Positions 15,863-25,406 of a stretch of 36,649 nucleotides of DNA are shown piece after piece. Each line of letters begins with the position of its first letter. The first letter of the stretch is position 1. The stretch covers positions 1-36,649 of the IMG/VR virus record IMGVR_UViG_3300045988_085428; one strand, 5' to 3'. The position numbers and the translations under genes were made by a program. Below the pieces are notes generated by a model. The model was not told where the DNA came from. It ran no database searches and saw nothing but the letters and a program-made list of their open reading frames with translations. The DNA is from a virus.

Positions 15863-16306
15863 TTACCTTCCGGTATTGGAATATTTTCCTTTACCATACT
15901 GTTTCTGGTAGTTCCTTCTCTGCTGACGGTTTCCATTTGGCTGTGGCTGCGGATGCGGGAACTGCTGCGTTGTATTCTGGTTTGGCATATACTTATTGTA
16001 TTTGCTGTCCAGTGCATTTGCTTCTGCTGTTTCAAAGTCGAACAATGATTCAGCCGCTTCGTTACACAGCTTGATGCTGTTCTTTCCGCAAAGGATACGC
16101 TCCCCGGCTCCATCGCCAAAAAGGGTATCGAAGAACACATAAAAACAGCTACACTGTGCGCGGATGATATCACTATTTTTTCCAACTACCGGAACATTCT
16201 GCTCTGCTTCATGCATTGCTGCTTTCGCTTCATCCAGAGCGTCCAAAAAATCTGCATCTGTAAAATCTACTTCTGCTTCAAAATCTCCAAATTTCCAAAG
16301 GCTCAT
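15863..16306 (-). CDS. Tail assembly chaperone (gpG-like position), 147 aa
   Basis: ATG at 16306 after GGAGAG. Acidic N-terminal half. Lies directly after the major tail protein gene. Confidence 0.6.
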   Translation of the reverse strand: MSLWKFGDFEAEVDFTDADFLDALDEAKAAMHEAEQNVPVVGKNSDIIRAQCSCFYVFFDTLFGDGAGERILCGKNSIKLCNEAAESLFDFETAEANALDSKYNKYMPNQNTTQQFPHPQPQPNGNRQQRRNYQKQYGKGKYSNTGR

Positions 16307-16329
16307 AGGCTCACTCTCCTGTTTCTTCT

Positions 16330-16833
16330 TTATTCTGCGCCGGCACTGAATGTACAGGTCTTCCATCCGTCTGTAGTGGTGGCAGTACCCTTTGTGATCT
16401 CTCCTGCTGCTTTAAAGCTGCCTTTGTAGATCAGGGCATCTGTTCCATCACCCTCTGTATCCGGAATAACGCTCCACGTTCTCTTTCGTGCAGTACAGGT
16501 CGTCTCAGAGGTCTTCTGCTCAAACAGATCTACAACCACGATATCAACCTGCGCTTCCGTTCCGAGAATCTCATCATCGGTAATTGCGGCAATCTTCTCA
16601 TGTACCGGATCATTGGTATACCGGTCAAATTCATAATCGATCGCCGGCGCATAACCAACTACGTCCGATCTTTCAGATGCTTCATCCACATACTGCCGGC
16701 TGTACTCGGTTGAGTTCTTTCCATCCGACAGAGAAGTAAAGCCCGTCATTCTGGTAAATGTTTCTCCTGATCCGTTAGCATCCATAAAAGCCACTCTCTT
16801 ATGTCTGCCAACTAACATTTTTTCACTTGCCAT
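16330..16833 (-). CDS. Major tail protein, 167 aa
   Basis: Position between the connector genes and the chaperones, and size. Thr/Gly-rich C-terminus. Confidence 0.7.
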   Translation of the reverse strand: MASEKMLVGRHKRVAFMDANGSGETFTRMTGFTSLSDGKNSTEYSRQYVDEASERSDVVGYAPAIDYEFDRYTNDPVHEKIAAITDDEILGTEAQVDIVVVDLFEQKTSETTCTARKRTWSVIPDTEGDGTDALIYKGSFKAAGEITKGTATTTDGWKTCTFSAGAE

Positions 16834-16846
16834 TTTTTCACACTCC

Positions 16847-17296
16847 TTACTTATAAATCAATCTGCATATCATCTGATACCGTCCCAGATCGACCTCTGT
16901 ACTAAACAAATAGCCGGACTGCAGCACTTCCACTCGAATAGCATCATGCCCTTCCAGCTCTGGAACAATATCATTCAGATTATTCTGTTCTGTCCACTCT
17001 TCAAAGTTCTGATAAAAACCACTGTTGGCAATACCGGTTCTGGCATCCCCATCGTAGGCCTCCTTACTTGTCAGAGCGAACTGGAACTGTTTCAGGCAGC
17101 TCCCATCCACATATCTCTTGTAAATGGGATCTGCTCCAATCGGATCAATGGAATATTCCATTCCGTCACCCAGATAATCAATGTTGATCTTCCGGTTATC
17201 GATATCCGGATACATCCTCACATATTCCCGGATGCTCTCAATAATCGTTTTTCTTTTACTGTCCGGCAAGTTTCTCAGCTCCTTCCCTGATGGCAT
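16847..17296 (-). CDS. Tail-completion / neck protein (putative), 149 aa
   Basis: Fourth small gene between the capsid and major tail genes. The start is uncertain (41-nt overlap with the upstream gene). Confidence 0.5.
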   Translation of the reverse strand: MPSGKELRNLPDSKRKTIIESIREYVRMYPDIDNRKINIDYLGDGMEYSIDPIGADPIYKRYVDGSCLKQFQFALTSKEAYDGDARTGIANSGFYQNFEEWTEQNNLNDIVPELEGHDAIRVEVLQSGYLFSTEVDLGRYQMICRLIYK

Positions 17297-17639
17297 CTTT
17301 GTGGCTTGCCTTCATTGTCTCAAACCATCTCGCCTTGGTTTTATGCTCGTAATACTGCCGGCGGGCATATGGGGCAAGGTATTCGATGGATCCGGAACCA
17401 ACCACCGTGCCAAGCGTCCCGGACTTAATCAGCATCCCGGTTCTTCTCGGTGTCAATGGATTCATGTAGCGCAGACACTCGGAATCCACAAATGCCTGCG
17501 CCCTTGAAAATCCCTCCGCTTTTTTCTGTGCAAATCCCGGAGCCCATTCAAGCTTTGCTGTTACCGAGCCATCCTTACCAGTCACGGTAAACACACTGCC
17601 TCTCGGCGTTGTGATCCGGAAGTCTTTCTTTCCAGCCAT
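17256..17639 (-). CDS. HK97 gp10-like head-tail joining protein, 127 aa
   Basis: ATG at 17639, right after the upstream TAA. The motif TGMLIKSG...IEYLAPYARRQYY resembles the gp10 family. Confidence 0.6.
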   Translation of the reverse strand: MAGKKDFRITTPRGSVFTVTGKDGSVTAKLEWAPGFAQKKAEGFSRAQAFVDSECLRYMNPLTPRRTGMLIKSGTLGTVVGSGSIEYLAPYARRQYYEHKTKARWFETMKASHKDAIREGAEKLAGQ

Positions 17640-17640
17640 C

Positions 17641-18045
17641 TTACTCGCCTCCGATCCGCCAATGCGGAACCGTACCAAACCGGTTGTCCGACCAGCTTGT
17701 AACCTTGCAGTGCTTCTGGAACACGGCTTTCAGATCTGCAGGCTTTTCAATCTCAATCTGGCACTCTCCCAGGACAATCTGATCATCATTCTGTATGGTC
17801 CAGTATCCATAACCGCCACAGCAGGCGAACTGATCCGGCGGAAGATACTGCCCTGCTTCCGGAATATCCGCGGGAATCCGGATTTTGTAAACCTCCGCAC
17901 TTTTCAGTCCATTATCCGTAACTGCAGTCTTATGGTCCACATGGACGTGGACACCATGCAGAACGGTTCGGATCCAGGTATCGTAATGTGTGGAATCACC
18001 GCTTATTCTGTTATAAATTGTAATATCACTATTCGTAATCATCAT
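17641..18045 (-). CDS. Head-closure protein (putative), 134 aa
   Basis: Call based on position within the connector block. Confidence 0.5.
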   Translation of the reverse strand: MMITNSDITIYNRISGDSTHYDTWIRTVLHGVHVHVDHKTAVTDNGLKSAEVYKIRIPADIPEAGQYLPPDQFACCGGYGYWTIQNDDQIVLGECQIEIEKPADLKAVFQKHCKVTSWSDNRFGTVPHWRIGGE

Positions 18046-18376
18046 CCACCACCAGATCCATAAGTCCTGTATTTACCAGATATACTTCTGCAATCCTGTA
18101 CAGCATCGAATCTACTGATCGGCTTACATCAAACGATACTGAATACCCATCGTTGTTCTCAGATGTTATTCCATCTCGCTGATCATACTTATATGCACAA
18201 TCACACATCTCACAAAGTGCTGTCTTTGCCTTTGCCGGCCAAGCACCTTCTTCCATTCGGTCAAATGTATATCGGTTCAACCTGGCACTCATTTTTACTT
18301 CGACAGATTTCCAATGGCTCTCTGGAATCAAAGAGCCACCAAAAGAATCCTTATAGTATTCATATGTTACATTCAC
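18029..18376 (-). CDS. Head-tail adaptor (gp6-like, putative), 115 aa
   Basis: First gene after the major capsid gene. The size is typical. Confidence 0.55.
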   Translation of the reverse strand: MNVTYEYYKDSFGGSLIPESHWKSVEVKMSARLNRYTFDRMEEGAWPAKAKTALCEMCDCAYKYDQRDGITSENNDGYSVSFDVSRSVDSMLYRIAEVYLVNTGLMDLVVDDDYE

Positions 18377-18387
18377 CTAATCACATC

Positions 18388-19248
18388 CTACTCTGCTACA
18401 GCAGTATGAACATAGATACCATCCTTTTTGTTGTCTTTGCATTCTGCAATTCCAACTGTTCTGTATCCGAATTTCCATCCATCTGCAGTCTGGTTCTGAT
18501 CCGGAGAAATAATCTTAGATACAGTGTGTTTCTGGTACTGAATTGCAGCCTGCTTATCAACAATCAGGAAGTTCATTGCAACTGCACCGGTTTCTTTTGT
18601 AAATCCTCCGGCACCAGAAGCATTCAATTTTACCTTATCGTAAAATCTTCCTGACGGAACCTTAATGATTCCCGCGAATCCTTCAATTGCTTTTTTAGAT
18701 GCAGTTGTGTCCAAGTCCTCAATCATTCCATACACTGTCGGGTTGATGAACAGATAGCATGTACTAAGATTTGCCTCGGCATTCTCAATCTTTCCTCTTG
18801 CAGTTCTAAGTGCTGCTAAAGCTTCTTTTCCTGTTGCAAGAGCAGCCTTTACTGTTGTAACACCTGGAATCTGTGCATAAGATGCCAGTCTGTATGCATC
18901 AAGTTCCGGTACAACCTGGGTTCTTAAAAATTCCCCTGAAAGACGTCCGAATGCAATTCCGGCAGATTCAATGTTATCCATTGCATCCACATTAAACATA
19001 CGACCTCTGTCATAAGCACATTTCTTTGTCTCATAATCCAGAGTCACGTCACCGGCTACATAACCAGTGCTTTTGTTATAATCCGCAAGCCCCTGCATAG
19101 ATAACTTTGGAATCAGGATCTCATTTGCGTTTGCTCCCTCTTTTACCAGCTCATTCGGTCCATCCAGAGCAGCTGTTAATGATGATAATTTATACACCTC
19201 ATCCAAAAGTGTTGAATACTGTTTTCTAAGTGCAATAGTATTTGCCAT
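18388..19248 (-). CDS. Major capsid protein, 286 aa
   Basis: Follows the scaffold gene. Size and composition are typical for this gene order (gp7-like, scaffold, capsid). Confidence 0.85.
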   Translation of the reverse strand: MANTIALRKQYSTLLDEVYKLSSLTAALDGPNELVKEGANANEILIPKLSMQGLADYNKSTGYVAGDVTLDYETKKCAYDRGRMFNVDAMDNIESAGIAFGRLSGEFLRTQVVPELDAYRLASYAQIPGVTTVKAALATGKEALAALRTARGKIENAEANLSTCYLFINPTVYGMIEDLDTTASKKAIEGFAGIIKVPSGRFYDKVKLNASGAGGFTKETGAVAMNFLIVDKQAAIQYQKHTVSKIISPDQNQTADGWKFGYRTVGIAECKDNKKDGIYVHTAVAE

Positions 19249-19266
19249 TCTTCCTTACCTCACTTC

Positions 19267-19830
19267 CTATTTTTCCGGCAGTCCCATAGCAGCTCGAAGT
19301 GCAGCAACATCATCCGCTCCCGGATCTGCACCGCCCCCGCCGCTTGTACCACCAACCGGATTATTGATTGGTTCATTTGCTCCGAACAAATACCCATCAG
19401 ACTTCTTTACATCCTCAAGTGCCTTCTTGATATCTTCGGACTGATTCTTAGATTCTTTCAGAGCATCAATATTCAGCATGGCGATTACTGCCTTTTCATT
19501 TCTTCCGCCAGCAGCCTTCACTGCTTCTTTAACAGAATCCATAAACACACGGTCAGCTTCTTTTGCTGCATATTCATCATCTTTCGCCTTTAGATCGCCC
19601 TGAAGCTTCGTAATCTGTCCCTGCAGATCCTTCACATCCACACCTTCAAATTCTTTCAGCCTGGTATTTACATCATCCAATGAAGCCTTGTAGTTGTCCC
19701 TCTGGGTAACTGCGTTATCGTACTCGCTTTTAGTACGATAATTTTCTTTCCAAGCCTTATCGAAATCTGCTTTCTTATCTGCTGGGACTTCCATTCCATA
19801 CTCTTTCAAAATCTCATGAATATTTTTCAT
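19267..19830 (-). CDS. Scaffolding protein, 187 aa
   Basis: Highly charged helical protein with a Gly-rich tail (GGTSGGGGADPGA). Lies immediately upstream of the capsid gene. Confidence 0.8.
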   Translation of the reverse strand: MKNIHEILKEYGMEVPADKKADFDKAWKENYRTKSEYDNAVTQRDNYKASLDDVNTRLKEFEGVDVKDLQGQITKLQGDLKAKDDEYAAKEADRVFMDSVKEAVKAAGGRNEKAVIAMLNIDALKESKNQSEDIKKALEDVKKSDGYLFGANEPINNPVGGTSGGGGADPGADDVAALRAAMGLPEK

Positions 19831-19941
19831 AGTTACATTCCTCCTGAAATATTTTATTGACCGCTCTTTCAGCGGTATGGGATATAGCCGGGTAGACCTC
19901 CGGCATGGTAGTTGTCCAGTTTAATGCCATATGACAGGGCA

Positions 19942-19970
19942 TAAAAATAAGACGCTTACCCCTGCGCCTT
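19942..19970 (-). terminator. Weak terminator-like hairpin after 19999-20298
   Basis: Minus strand reads AAGGCGC-aggggta-AGCGUCUU followed by AUUUUUAU. The stem needs one G-U pair and is better on the minus strand than on the plus strand. Confidence 0.4.
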
Positions 19971-19998
19971 AAAGGGAGATATCTGGATCGCCACCTTC

Positions 19999-20298
19999 CT
20001 ACGGTTCGATTCGATCAATGTTATACTCAACAGCACAAGTGTGCTCGATTCTACATCCTCTTGCATCCTGCCATCCTTTCGCAAAATATGCGATATCTGC
20101 ACCTGCTAAAAGTTCCAGAGATTTTCCAAGGAACCACAGTGGCTTTGCATCTACCGGTGCTTCCTGGAAGAATGAATCAATCACTTCTACTGGCTCGCCA
20201 ATCACCTTCTCTGCGCTCTCGATTGCTTTCTTACGCTCTGTCAGAATATCTTCATCAGACTTTCCTCTCATTGGCTGACTGATAAATAATTTTTTCAT
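19999..20298 (-). CDS. DUF4406 / nucleoside 2-deoxyribosyltransferase-like protein, 99 aa
   Basis: The N-terminus MKKLFISQPMRGKS and the C-terminal LLAGADIAYFAKGWQDARGCRIEH match the DUF4406 pattern as I recall it. Weak RBS. Confidence 0.55.
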   Translation of the reverse strand: MKKLFISQPMRGKSDEDILTERKKAIESAEKVIGEPVEVIDSFFQEAPVDAKPLWFLGKSLELLAGADIAYFAKGWQDARGCRIEHTCAVEYNIDRIEP

Positions 20299-20365
20299 AC
20301 CGTTTACCCTATCCTTTCTTAAAAATGAGTATAAAAATACCACCGGTCATTTCGACTGGTGGCAC

Positions 20366-20566
20366 TTACTCTTCTTCATATCTATATTTTCCATTACACA
20401 CATCATCTTCATCCGTCCATAATTTTTCATCAGGGATGCCTTCCGGAAATGCTTCACAAACATAATGCTCCCAATTAAACCACTTACATGTCTCACATCT
20501 TGGGAATTCTGTTCTAAATCCTCCGCCAAGGAAGGATGTACTTTTCGATGAGTTTTCTTGCTTCAT
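20366..20566 (-). CDS. Small Cys-rich protein, 66 aa
   Basis: GGAGAAG lies 9 nt before the ATG. Contains CETC...C...C. Overlaps the 3' end of the MuF-type gene by 53 nt. Confidence 0.5.
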   Translation of the reverse strand: MKQENSSKSTSFLGGGFRTEFPRCETCKWFNWEHYVCEAFPEGIPDEKLWTDEDDVCNGKYRYEEE

Positions 20567-22232
20567 TCGGGATCACTTCTCCATTCCTATATCTCACAAA
20601 TGCTTCAGCGAGACTTTCTCTTCCATCTCTCTTTTTGTCTGCATATTTTGAGATTCCCTTAATAAACTGACTCTTTATTTTAGCATTCAATTCCATATAC
20701 TCTTCTGCCGTAATGCAATTTTGAAATGGCATTATATGCGCCATTTCATGAGCAATATAATCTTCAAAATTTCTTCCTGCCATTACGCCCTTATTATAAC
20801 GCGACCGCATTTGCATTTCAATATTTTCAAAATTTCTTCTACGATTAATCACCATACTATGCCTCAGAATTCCTTCATCGTCTAGATACGCTCCCGTGAC
20901 AAAAATATCTCCTTTTTCGAGTGCTTCGCTCTCAATTAAATCAAGATATATAATGTATTCCGAATCCAGCTTCTTTATCGCCGCATTGATTTTCGCTTCA
21001 ATTTCTTTACTTAATCTCGCTTCCTTGGAAACTGTATCCGGAATAGAAATTCTCATCTTTGGATCATACTGGCTCGGTGCAATTCTTCCTCGTCCATCAA
21101 TGTAAATCCTTTCTCTTTCCTCTTTCAGCCCCATTTTCCGAGAAAATGCTGCATATTCATTAAGCTGTCCCTGATATTTGGCTTTTTGGAGCATAACTTC
21201 CTGCCGATCAGCACCGCCATCCTGAAGCATCTGCACCTTTTCTCGCTGCGCTCTCATTGCTGTTTCCATTTGGCGTTGTCTCTGCTTTGCCTCATACAGG
21301 GTGTACTCTTTGCCCCGGAACTCTTTTGGCTTGCTTTCCTTCCTGTTCTGTTCTTCCAGCCATTCATCTGACCAGTTACGCCGTGAAATGCCAGGAAAGA
21401 ACGGATAATAGGCATGGTAACAGTTGGCTCCCAGAAGTCCTGTCACTGTACCAAGTCCGCAGACCGAATACAGCTGTTCCTTTGTCCAGACACGCCCTTG
21501 CCATACCGCATGAGTTGGACGAGCTCCAGCATGCCACTCAACCTCAAAATACTCGGTTCCAAGCTTCTTTGCATTGTAGTCTGCTATTTCTCCGGTAAGG
21601 TTCGCTACACCAGTCATCACAGCTCTTCTAGCAGCCACTTCTACCCGGCTTGCATATCCGGATCCGTACTCAATCTTCCGAAGTCCACTGTTTGTCAGCT
21701 GCGTGACCACTCGGCGTAATACGCTGCCATAGTCAAATGCTCCCGTCACAATGTCAAAGCAGGCATTGTCCAGATAGTTGCTGTAGACCTGTGATAGTGG
21801 TGTCAGGACTTTCTTGCCATTGTAATCTAAGTAAAAGCCAAGTGACTTAGTTACATTCTCCAGATCTTCCAGACTCTGCCGGATAATAGCATCTGTGATC
21901 TGCTTGAGCTGTTCATTCTTCTCAAACAGGATAAACTCTGCATTGATCTGTTCGTAAATGTCCTTGTTCCGGACATATTCCCAATCGATCACTTTATCGT
22001 ACAGCTCAAACATTTCCGGATAAGACGCATCCAGTGTTTTCTTGATCTCTCTTTCGATATCCTCGGAAGAATATCCCAGAATCCGAAGTCTATTGATCTG
22101 CCAGTCTGCTGTACTGGTAATCTCACCGGTCTTTTTGATCCGTCGGGCAATGTCCTGCAGGATCCGTTCTTCCAGACCTATGTACCGCGCTGCAATCTTA
22201 CTGGCAATCTTTTCTTTGTAATCATCCCGCAT
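20514..22232 (-). CDS. Minor capsid / head-morphogenesis protein (SPP1 gp7 / MuF type) with a C-terminal HEXXH-containing extension, 572 aa
   Basis: The core WHAGARPTHAVWQGRVW...GANCYHAYYPFFPG and the position after the portal gene support the call. About 175 extra C-terminal residues contain YIAHEMAHIM. Confidence 0.8.
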   Translation of the reverse strand: MRDDYKEKIASKIAARYIGLEERILQDIARRIKKTGEITSTADWQINRLRILGYSSEDIEREIKKTLDASYPEMFELYDKVIDWEYVRNKDIYEQINAEFILFEKNEQLKQITDAIIRQSLEDLENVTKSLGFYLDYNGKKVLTPLSQVYSNYLDNACFDIVTGAFDYGSVLRRVVTQLTNSGLRKIEYGSGYASRVEVAARRAVMTGVANLTGEIADYNAKKLGTEYFEVEWHAGARPTHAVWQGRVWTKEQLYSVCGLGTVTGLLGANCYHAYYPFFPGISRRNWSDEWLEEQNRKESKPKEFRGKEYTLYEAKQRQRQMETAMRAQREKVQMLQDGGADRQEVMLQKAKYQGQLNEYAAFSRKMGLKEERERIYIDGRGRIAPSQYDPKMRISIPDTVSKEARLSKEIEAKINAAIKKLDSEYIIYLDLIESEALEKGDIFVTGAYLDDEGILRHSMVINRRRNFENIEMQMRSRYNKGVMAGRNFEDYIAHEMAHIMPFQNCITAEEYMELNAKIKSQFIKGISKYADKKRDGRESLAEAFVRYRNGEVIPNEARKLIEKYILPWRRI

Positions 22233-22233
22233 C

Positions 22234-23583
22234 CTACTCCATCACCTGATTCTGCTCTGGTAGTTTTGCTTTTGCAGTTTCTTCATCCTCGTTGTACCAT
22301 TTCATCCGGTATTCCAACAGACTCATAACCCCCATGCTTACATCCTGCCGATCTTGCTGTCGTTCCGATTCTTCGTCTGCCAGAATGGAATCGTTAAATT
22401 CGCAGGTAAACTCCACACCGGACATATAAGATCCATTGTAGAACGCCAGAGCAGTTACAAATCCATTCAGGCACTCTTCCAATTTCCCCTGAATTGCAGT
22501 TACACGGTTGTATTTCCTTGTCTTGGAAACAAGCACCTCAGTAGCTGTCTTATCTACCTCCTGTGCATCGGAAAGATCTCCGTAGGCAAGGCCTACATTG
22601 AATTCGATTTCCCGTTTGTATTCTTCCAAACCTCTTCGGAAGGCTTCATCTCGCATCTCTGGAGAATATTCTTTATACAGTTCCTTATCTTTTCCATCAT
22701 CAAGATTCAGCCCTTTATACAGGCGTTTCTTTAATCTCGGTAAATAGGTCTTTCCACCGCTCTTCTTCAAAGCTCTCTCGTCAATATGGATTGCACGTTC
22801 TCCGGAATCGTACTCCCAGTCCAGCCGAGCTCCCTGGATGTCTGCTTTTCGGATCAGATTCTCCGCAGACTCATAGATCGATACGCCACAAGCGGATCCG
22901 TCCACCTTATTCTCAATCGGATTTTGGTAATATCCAAAGTCCATCTGAACCATCCCCGGATAAATAACCGGTCCCGGAAGAATGTTCGCCCATTCAGGCA
23001 CTTCTTCCAGACTGCAGATCTGCCCGATATCGCTCTGACTCTGCGAATGATAGCATTTATTCTCAATCGTCAGATTCCCATTCGTAAAATAGTGCCGCTC
23101 AACTCTGGTATAATAATCATTCTCACCGATACACTTCACAACCAGAAAAGCAATATCGTTTGGTGTTCCATCATCAGCAAAACTGATCACGATAAATTTA
23201 TCTGCTGCAACATATTCTGCTGCATCTGGTCCAAGTGGTCTAAGCACCATTGCTCCAAGTGCCAAACCGGTCTGCAACTTCTTGTTCATGTCTGATAAGC
23301 TCTTCTGAAGGACCCTGTCCATCTTGTCATTATTCAGGATCTTGGCTTCCATCTCCACTAAAACGGAATCTGCGAACTCACGGCAAATCCCCTCTTCCAG
23401 CTTCAAAGACTCTACAATATCGCTGCACCAGTCCGCATTCCCAACCAGCATCTTTTTCCATTTATTGATGGCATCGATCATGGTCTGTGACAGCGCCACA
23501 TCTTTGCCGATTATATTTTTTAAGGTCGTATAATTAAACATGCTCACTATCCTTCCCCATAGTCTTTTTAATCCATCAAACAT
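22234..23583 (-). CDS. Portal protein, 449 aa
   Basis: Lies immediately after terL (8-nt overlap) and before the gp7-like gene. The size is typical. Confidence 0.85.
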   Translation of the reverse strand: MFDGLKRLWGRIVSMFNYTTLKNIIGKDVALSQTMIDAINKWKKMLVGNADWCSDIVESLKLEEGICREFADSVLVEMEAKILNNDKMDRVLQKSLSDMNKKLQTGLALGAMVLRPLGPDAAEYVAADKFIVISFADDGTPNDIAFLVVKCIGENDYYTRVERHYFTNGNLTIENKCYHSQSQSDIGQICSLEEVPEWANILPGPVIYPGMVQMDFGYYQNPIENKVDGSACGVSIYESAENLIRKADIQGARLDWEYDSGERAIHIDERALKKSGGKTYLPRLKKRLYKGLNLDDGKDKELYKEYSPEMRDEAFRRGLEEYKREIEFNVGLAYGDLSDAQEVDKTATEVLVSKTRKYNRVTAIQGKLEECLNGFVTALAFYNGSYMSGVEFTCEFNDSILADEESERQQDRQDVSMGVMSLLEYRMKWYNEDEETAKAKLPEQNQVME

Positions 23584-24904
23584 CTTCCACCTCTTCTATC
23601 AGGTCCTTCATATCTCTTTCTATCGTATACTCAAATGCATCCAGACTATCAATATCGGTGCTGCCATCATCCAGACGCTCATCCTTGTCCGTTACATCTT
23701 TGTTCCATACCGCATCGGAAAATGCTGTCTGCAGGGACTTGCAATCGTCTGTTATCCAGAATCTTCCCGCTCCCATAAGCCTTACCGTGCAACGGATCCG
23801 GTCAATAATCGCTGCTTTCCTTGCCTTTCTGACAGTGATCCACGGGAATCTTTTTTCTACTGCATTCCGGATAGAATTACCAAGTACGGTTTCTGCATTG
23901 TCGTAATAAACGGATTCCACGTTGCAATACTCCACATAATTACCGCTTTTCGCAAGCACCCCGTATTTATCGATTACCTCCTGAACAAAATCGCAGAACA
24001 GCTCATCCAGCCTATTACTGTCAATATCTTCCTCTGAATCCTTCGCCATGATTCTCTTAGACATTACTGTAATCACATCTGCATAATCATCTGTGTACCC
24101 TCTGGCAACAAAAGAATGACCGGACTGATTTCCTCCGAAGTCAAGTCCGATCTCTATCGATACAATATCTGTTTTTTTGAATTGCTTATATTCTACGTCA
24201 CTTGCAAGTTCATCCAGCACCTCACATCTGTAAGCATCCGGATTATCTGCAAAACGTTTATAGATCGCTCCTTCTGCACGCTTCCAGAGCCCGAGGATTA
24301 ACCGGTCATAATAAATCGTCCCCTCATACTCCTTGCAGAGCTCCTCTACATATTTCGGTGGTAAAAAAGGATTGTCAAATATCGTATATCTCTGCAGATA
24401 AATATCTAATTTATCATTGTCCAGAAATTCTTTCAGCCAGTGTGTCGGATGCTCCGGATTGCAGGATCCATCAAAACACGAATACGGTTTATCCAGACGG
24501 GATTTTAACATCTGGAACACTTCTTTGTTCCACTTAGCAACCTCATCGCCATAACAATACTTGATGCTGGAACCCTGGATCTTCGCCACCTGACTGACCT
24601 TTTCAGCTCCCAGGCAATACACCTCTTCACCACAGATATGCGCCATATTCCGGTTATTGATCTGTCCGATCAGCTTATTCGTATAGATTTCACGCATCGG
24701 CTGTAGCACATTTCGCTCAATTGATTCCTTGGATACACCAAGAATAACATTGAGTCCCGGCTTACCGGTCCTTTCCCGGATACGAAAAGGAACCACAAAA
24801 GCTGTGTCAACGTAGGATTTCCCAGAACGTACTGCACCAGATTTGATATTCCATCTATGAGTTGCGTTCACAATATACTCATTCTGTTTCTTGCTTAACT
24901 GCAT
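23576..24904 (-). CDS. terL: Terminase large subunit, 442 aa
   Basis: Walker A-like SGAVRSGKS near the N-terminus. Acidic nuclease-type C-terminal half (DDGSTDIDSLDAFEY). Flanked by terS and portal. Confidence 0.9.
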   Translation of the reverse strand: MQLSKKQNEYIVNATHRWNIKSGAVRSGKSYVDTAFVVPFRIRERTGKPGLNVILGVSKESIERNVLQPMREIYTNKLIGQINNRNMAHICGEEVYCLGAEKVSQVAKIQGSSIKYCYGDEVAKWNKEVFQMLKSRLDKPYSCFDGSCNPEHPTHWLKEFLDNDKLDIYLQRYTIFDNPFLPPKYVEELCKEYEGTIYYDRLILGLWKRAEGAIYKRFADNPDAYRCEVLDELASDVEYKQFKKTDIVSIEIGLDFGGNQSGHSFVARGYTDDYADVITVMSKRIMAKDSEEDIDSNRLDELFCDFVQEVIDKYGVLAKSGNYVEYCNVESVYYDNAETVLGNSIRNAVEKRFPWITVRKARKAAIIDRIRCTVRLMGAGRFWITDDCKSLQTAFSDAVWNKDVTDKDERLDDGSTDIDSLDAFEYTIERDMKDLIEEVEDV

Positions 24905-25343
24905 TATCCCGCACCTCTTTCAGGATCTGATCCAACCGATCAAGCGCTTCATCATTCTCATTTTCACCAGTAATGGCTTCTTTCCTTGCCTTGATCAGCT
25001 CTGTATCTGCTTTCTTGTTCTCCAGATCTTCCTCGGCTCTAGCACTTTGTCCGGAATACTGGGCTACAAACTTCGCTGCCTGTGTATCCCCTGCCAATGC
25101 CATCTTGATCTGAGCCATAAGCAAAGCCGATTCCAGAGTACACTCAATACCAAGTGACTCCAAAACCGGCTTCCATTCTTCATTATCTATTTCGGCAGTA
25201 AGCAACAGATTTAAGGTCTTCCGGAAGTCCGCCTTCCTACGTCTTGCCTGACCACTCGCTTTTCCCGCCTTTTTTGCTAATTCCCGGCGTTCTTCCGGGG
25301 TTCTTTTATCATTTGCATCTCTTATGTTTTCATATCCCGCCAC
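24879..25343 (-). CDS. terS: Terminase small subunit (putative), 154 aa, GTG start
   Basis: GAAGGTGGTG RBS. Basic N-terminus RTPEERRELAKKAGKASGQARRRK. Overlaps terL by 26 nt. Confidence 0.65.
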   Translation of the reverse strand: MAGYENIRDANDKRTPEERRELAKKAGKASGQARRRKADFRKTLNLLLTAEIDNEEWKPVLESLGIECTLESALLMAQIKMALAGDTQAAKFVAQYSGQSARAEEDLENKKADTELIKARKEAITGENENDEALDRLDQILKEVRDNAVKQETE

Positions 25344-25380
25344 TTCACCACCTTCAATTCTGGTTTATTTTACGCATTAG

Positions 25381-25404
25381 AAAAGCACCCCGAAGGATGC
25401 TTTT
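25381..25404 (-). terminator. Rho-independent terminator 37 nt upstream of terS
   Basis: Minus strand reads AAAAGCAUCC-UUCG-GGGUGCUUUU. The G-U pair exists only on the minus strand. It starts 2 nt after the TAG stop of 25407-25643. Confidence 0.6.
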
Positions 25405-25406
25405 AA

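Noticed and set aside
15841-16306. gpG/gpGT-style -1 programmed frameshift joining 15863-16306 to 15282-15857
   Set aside because: The downstream gene is in the -1 frame, but the shared open window is only about 26 nt and contains GGAAAAT rather than a canonical X-XXY-YYZ heptamer. The downstream gene also has its own GGAAGG RBS and ATG. A frameshift cannot be supported from sequence alone.
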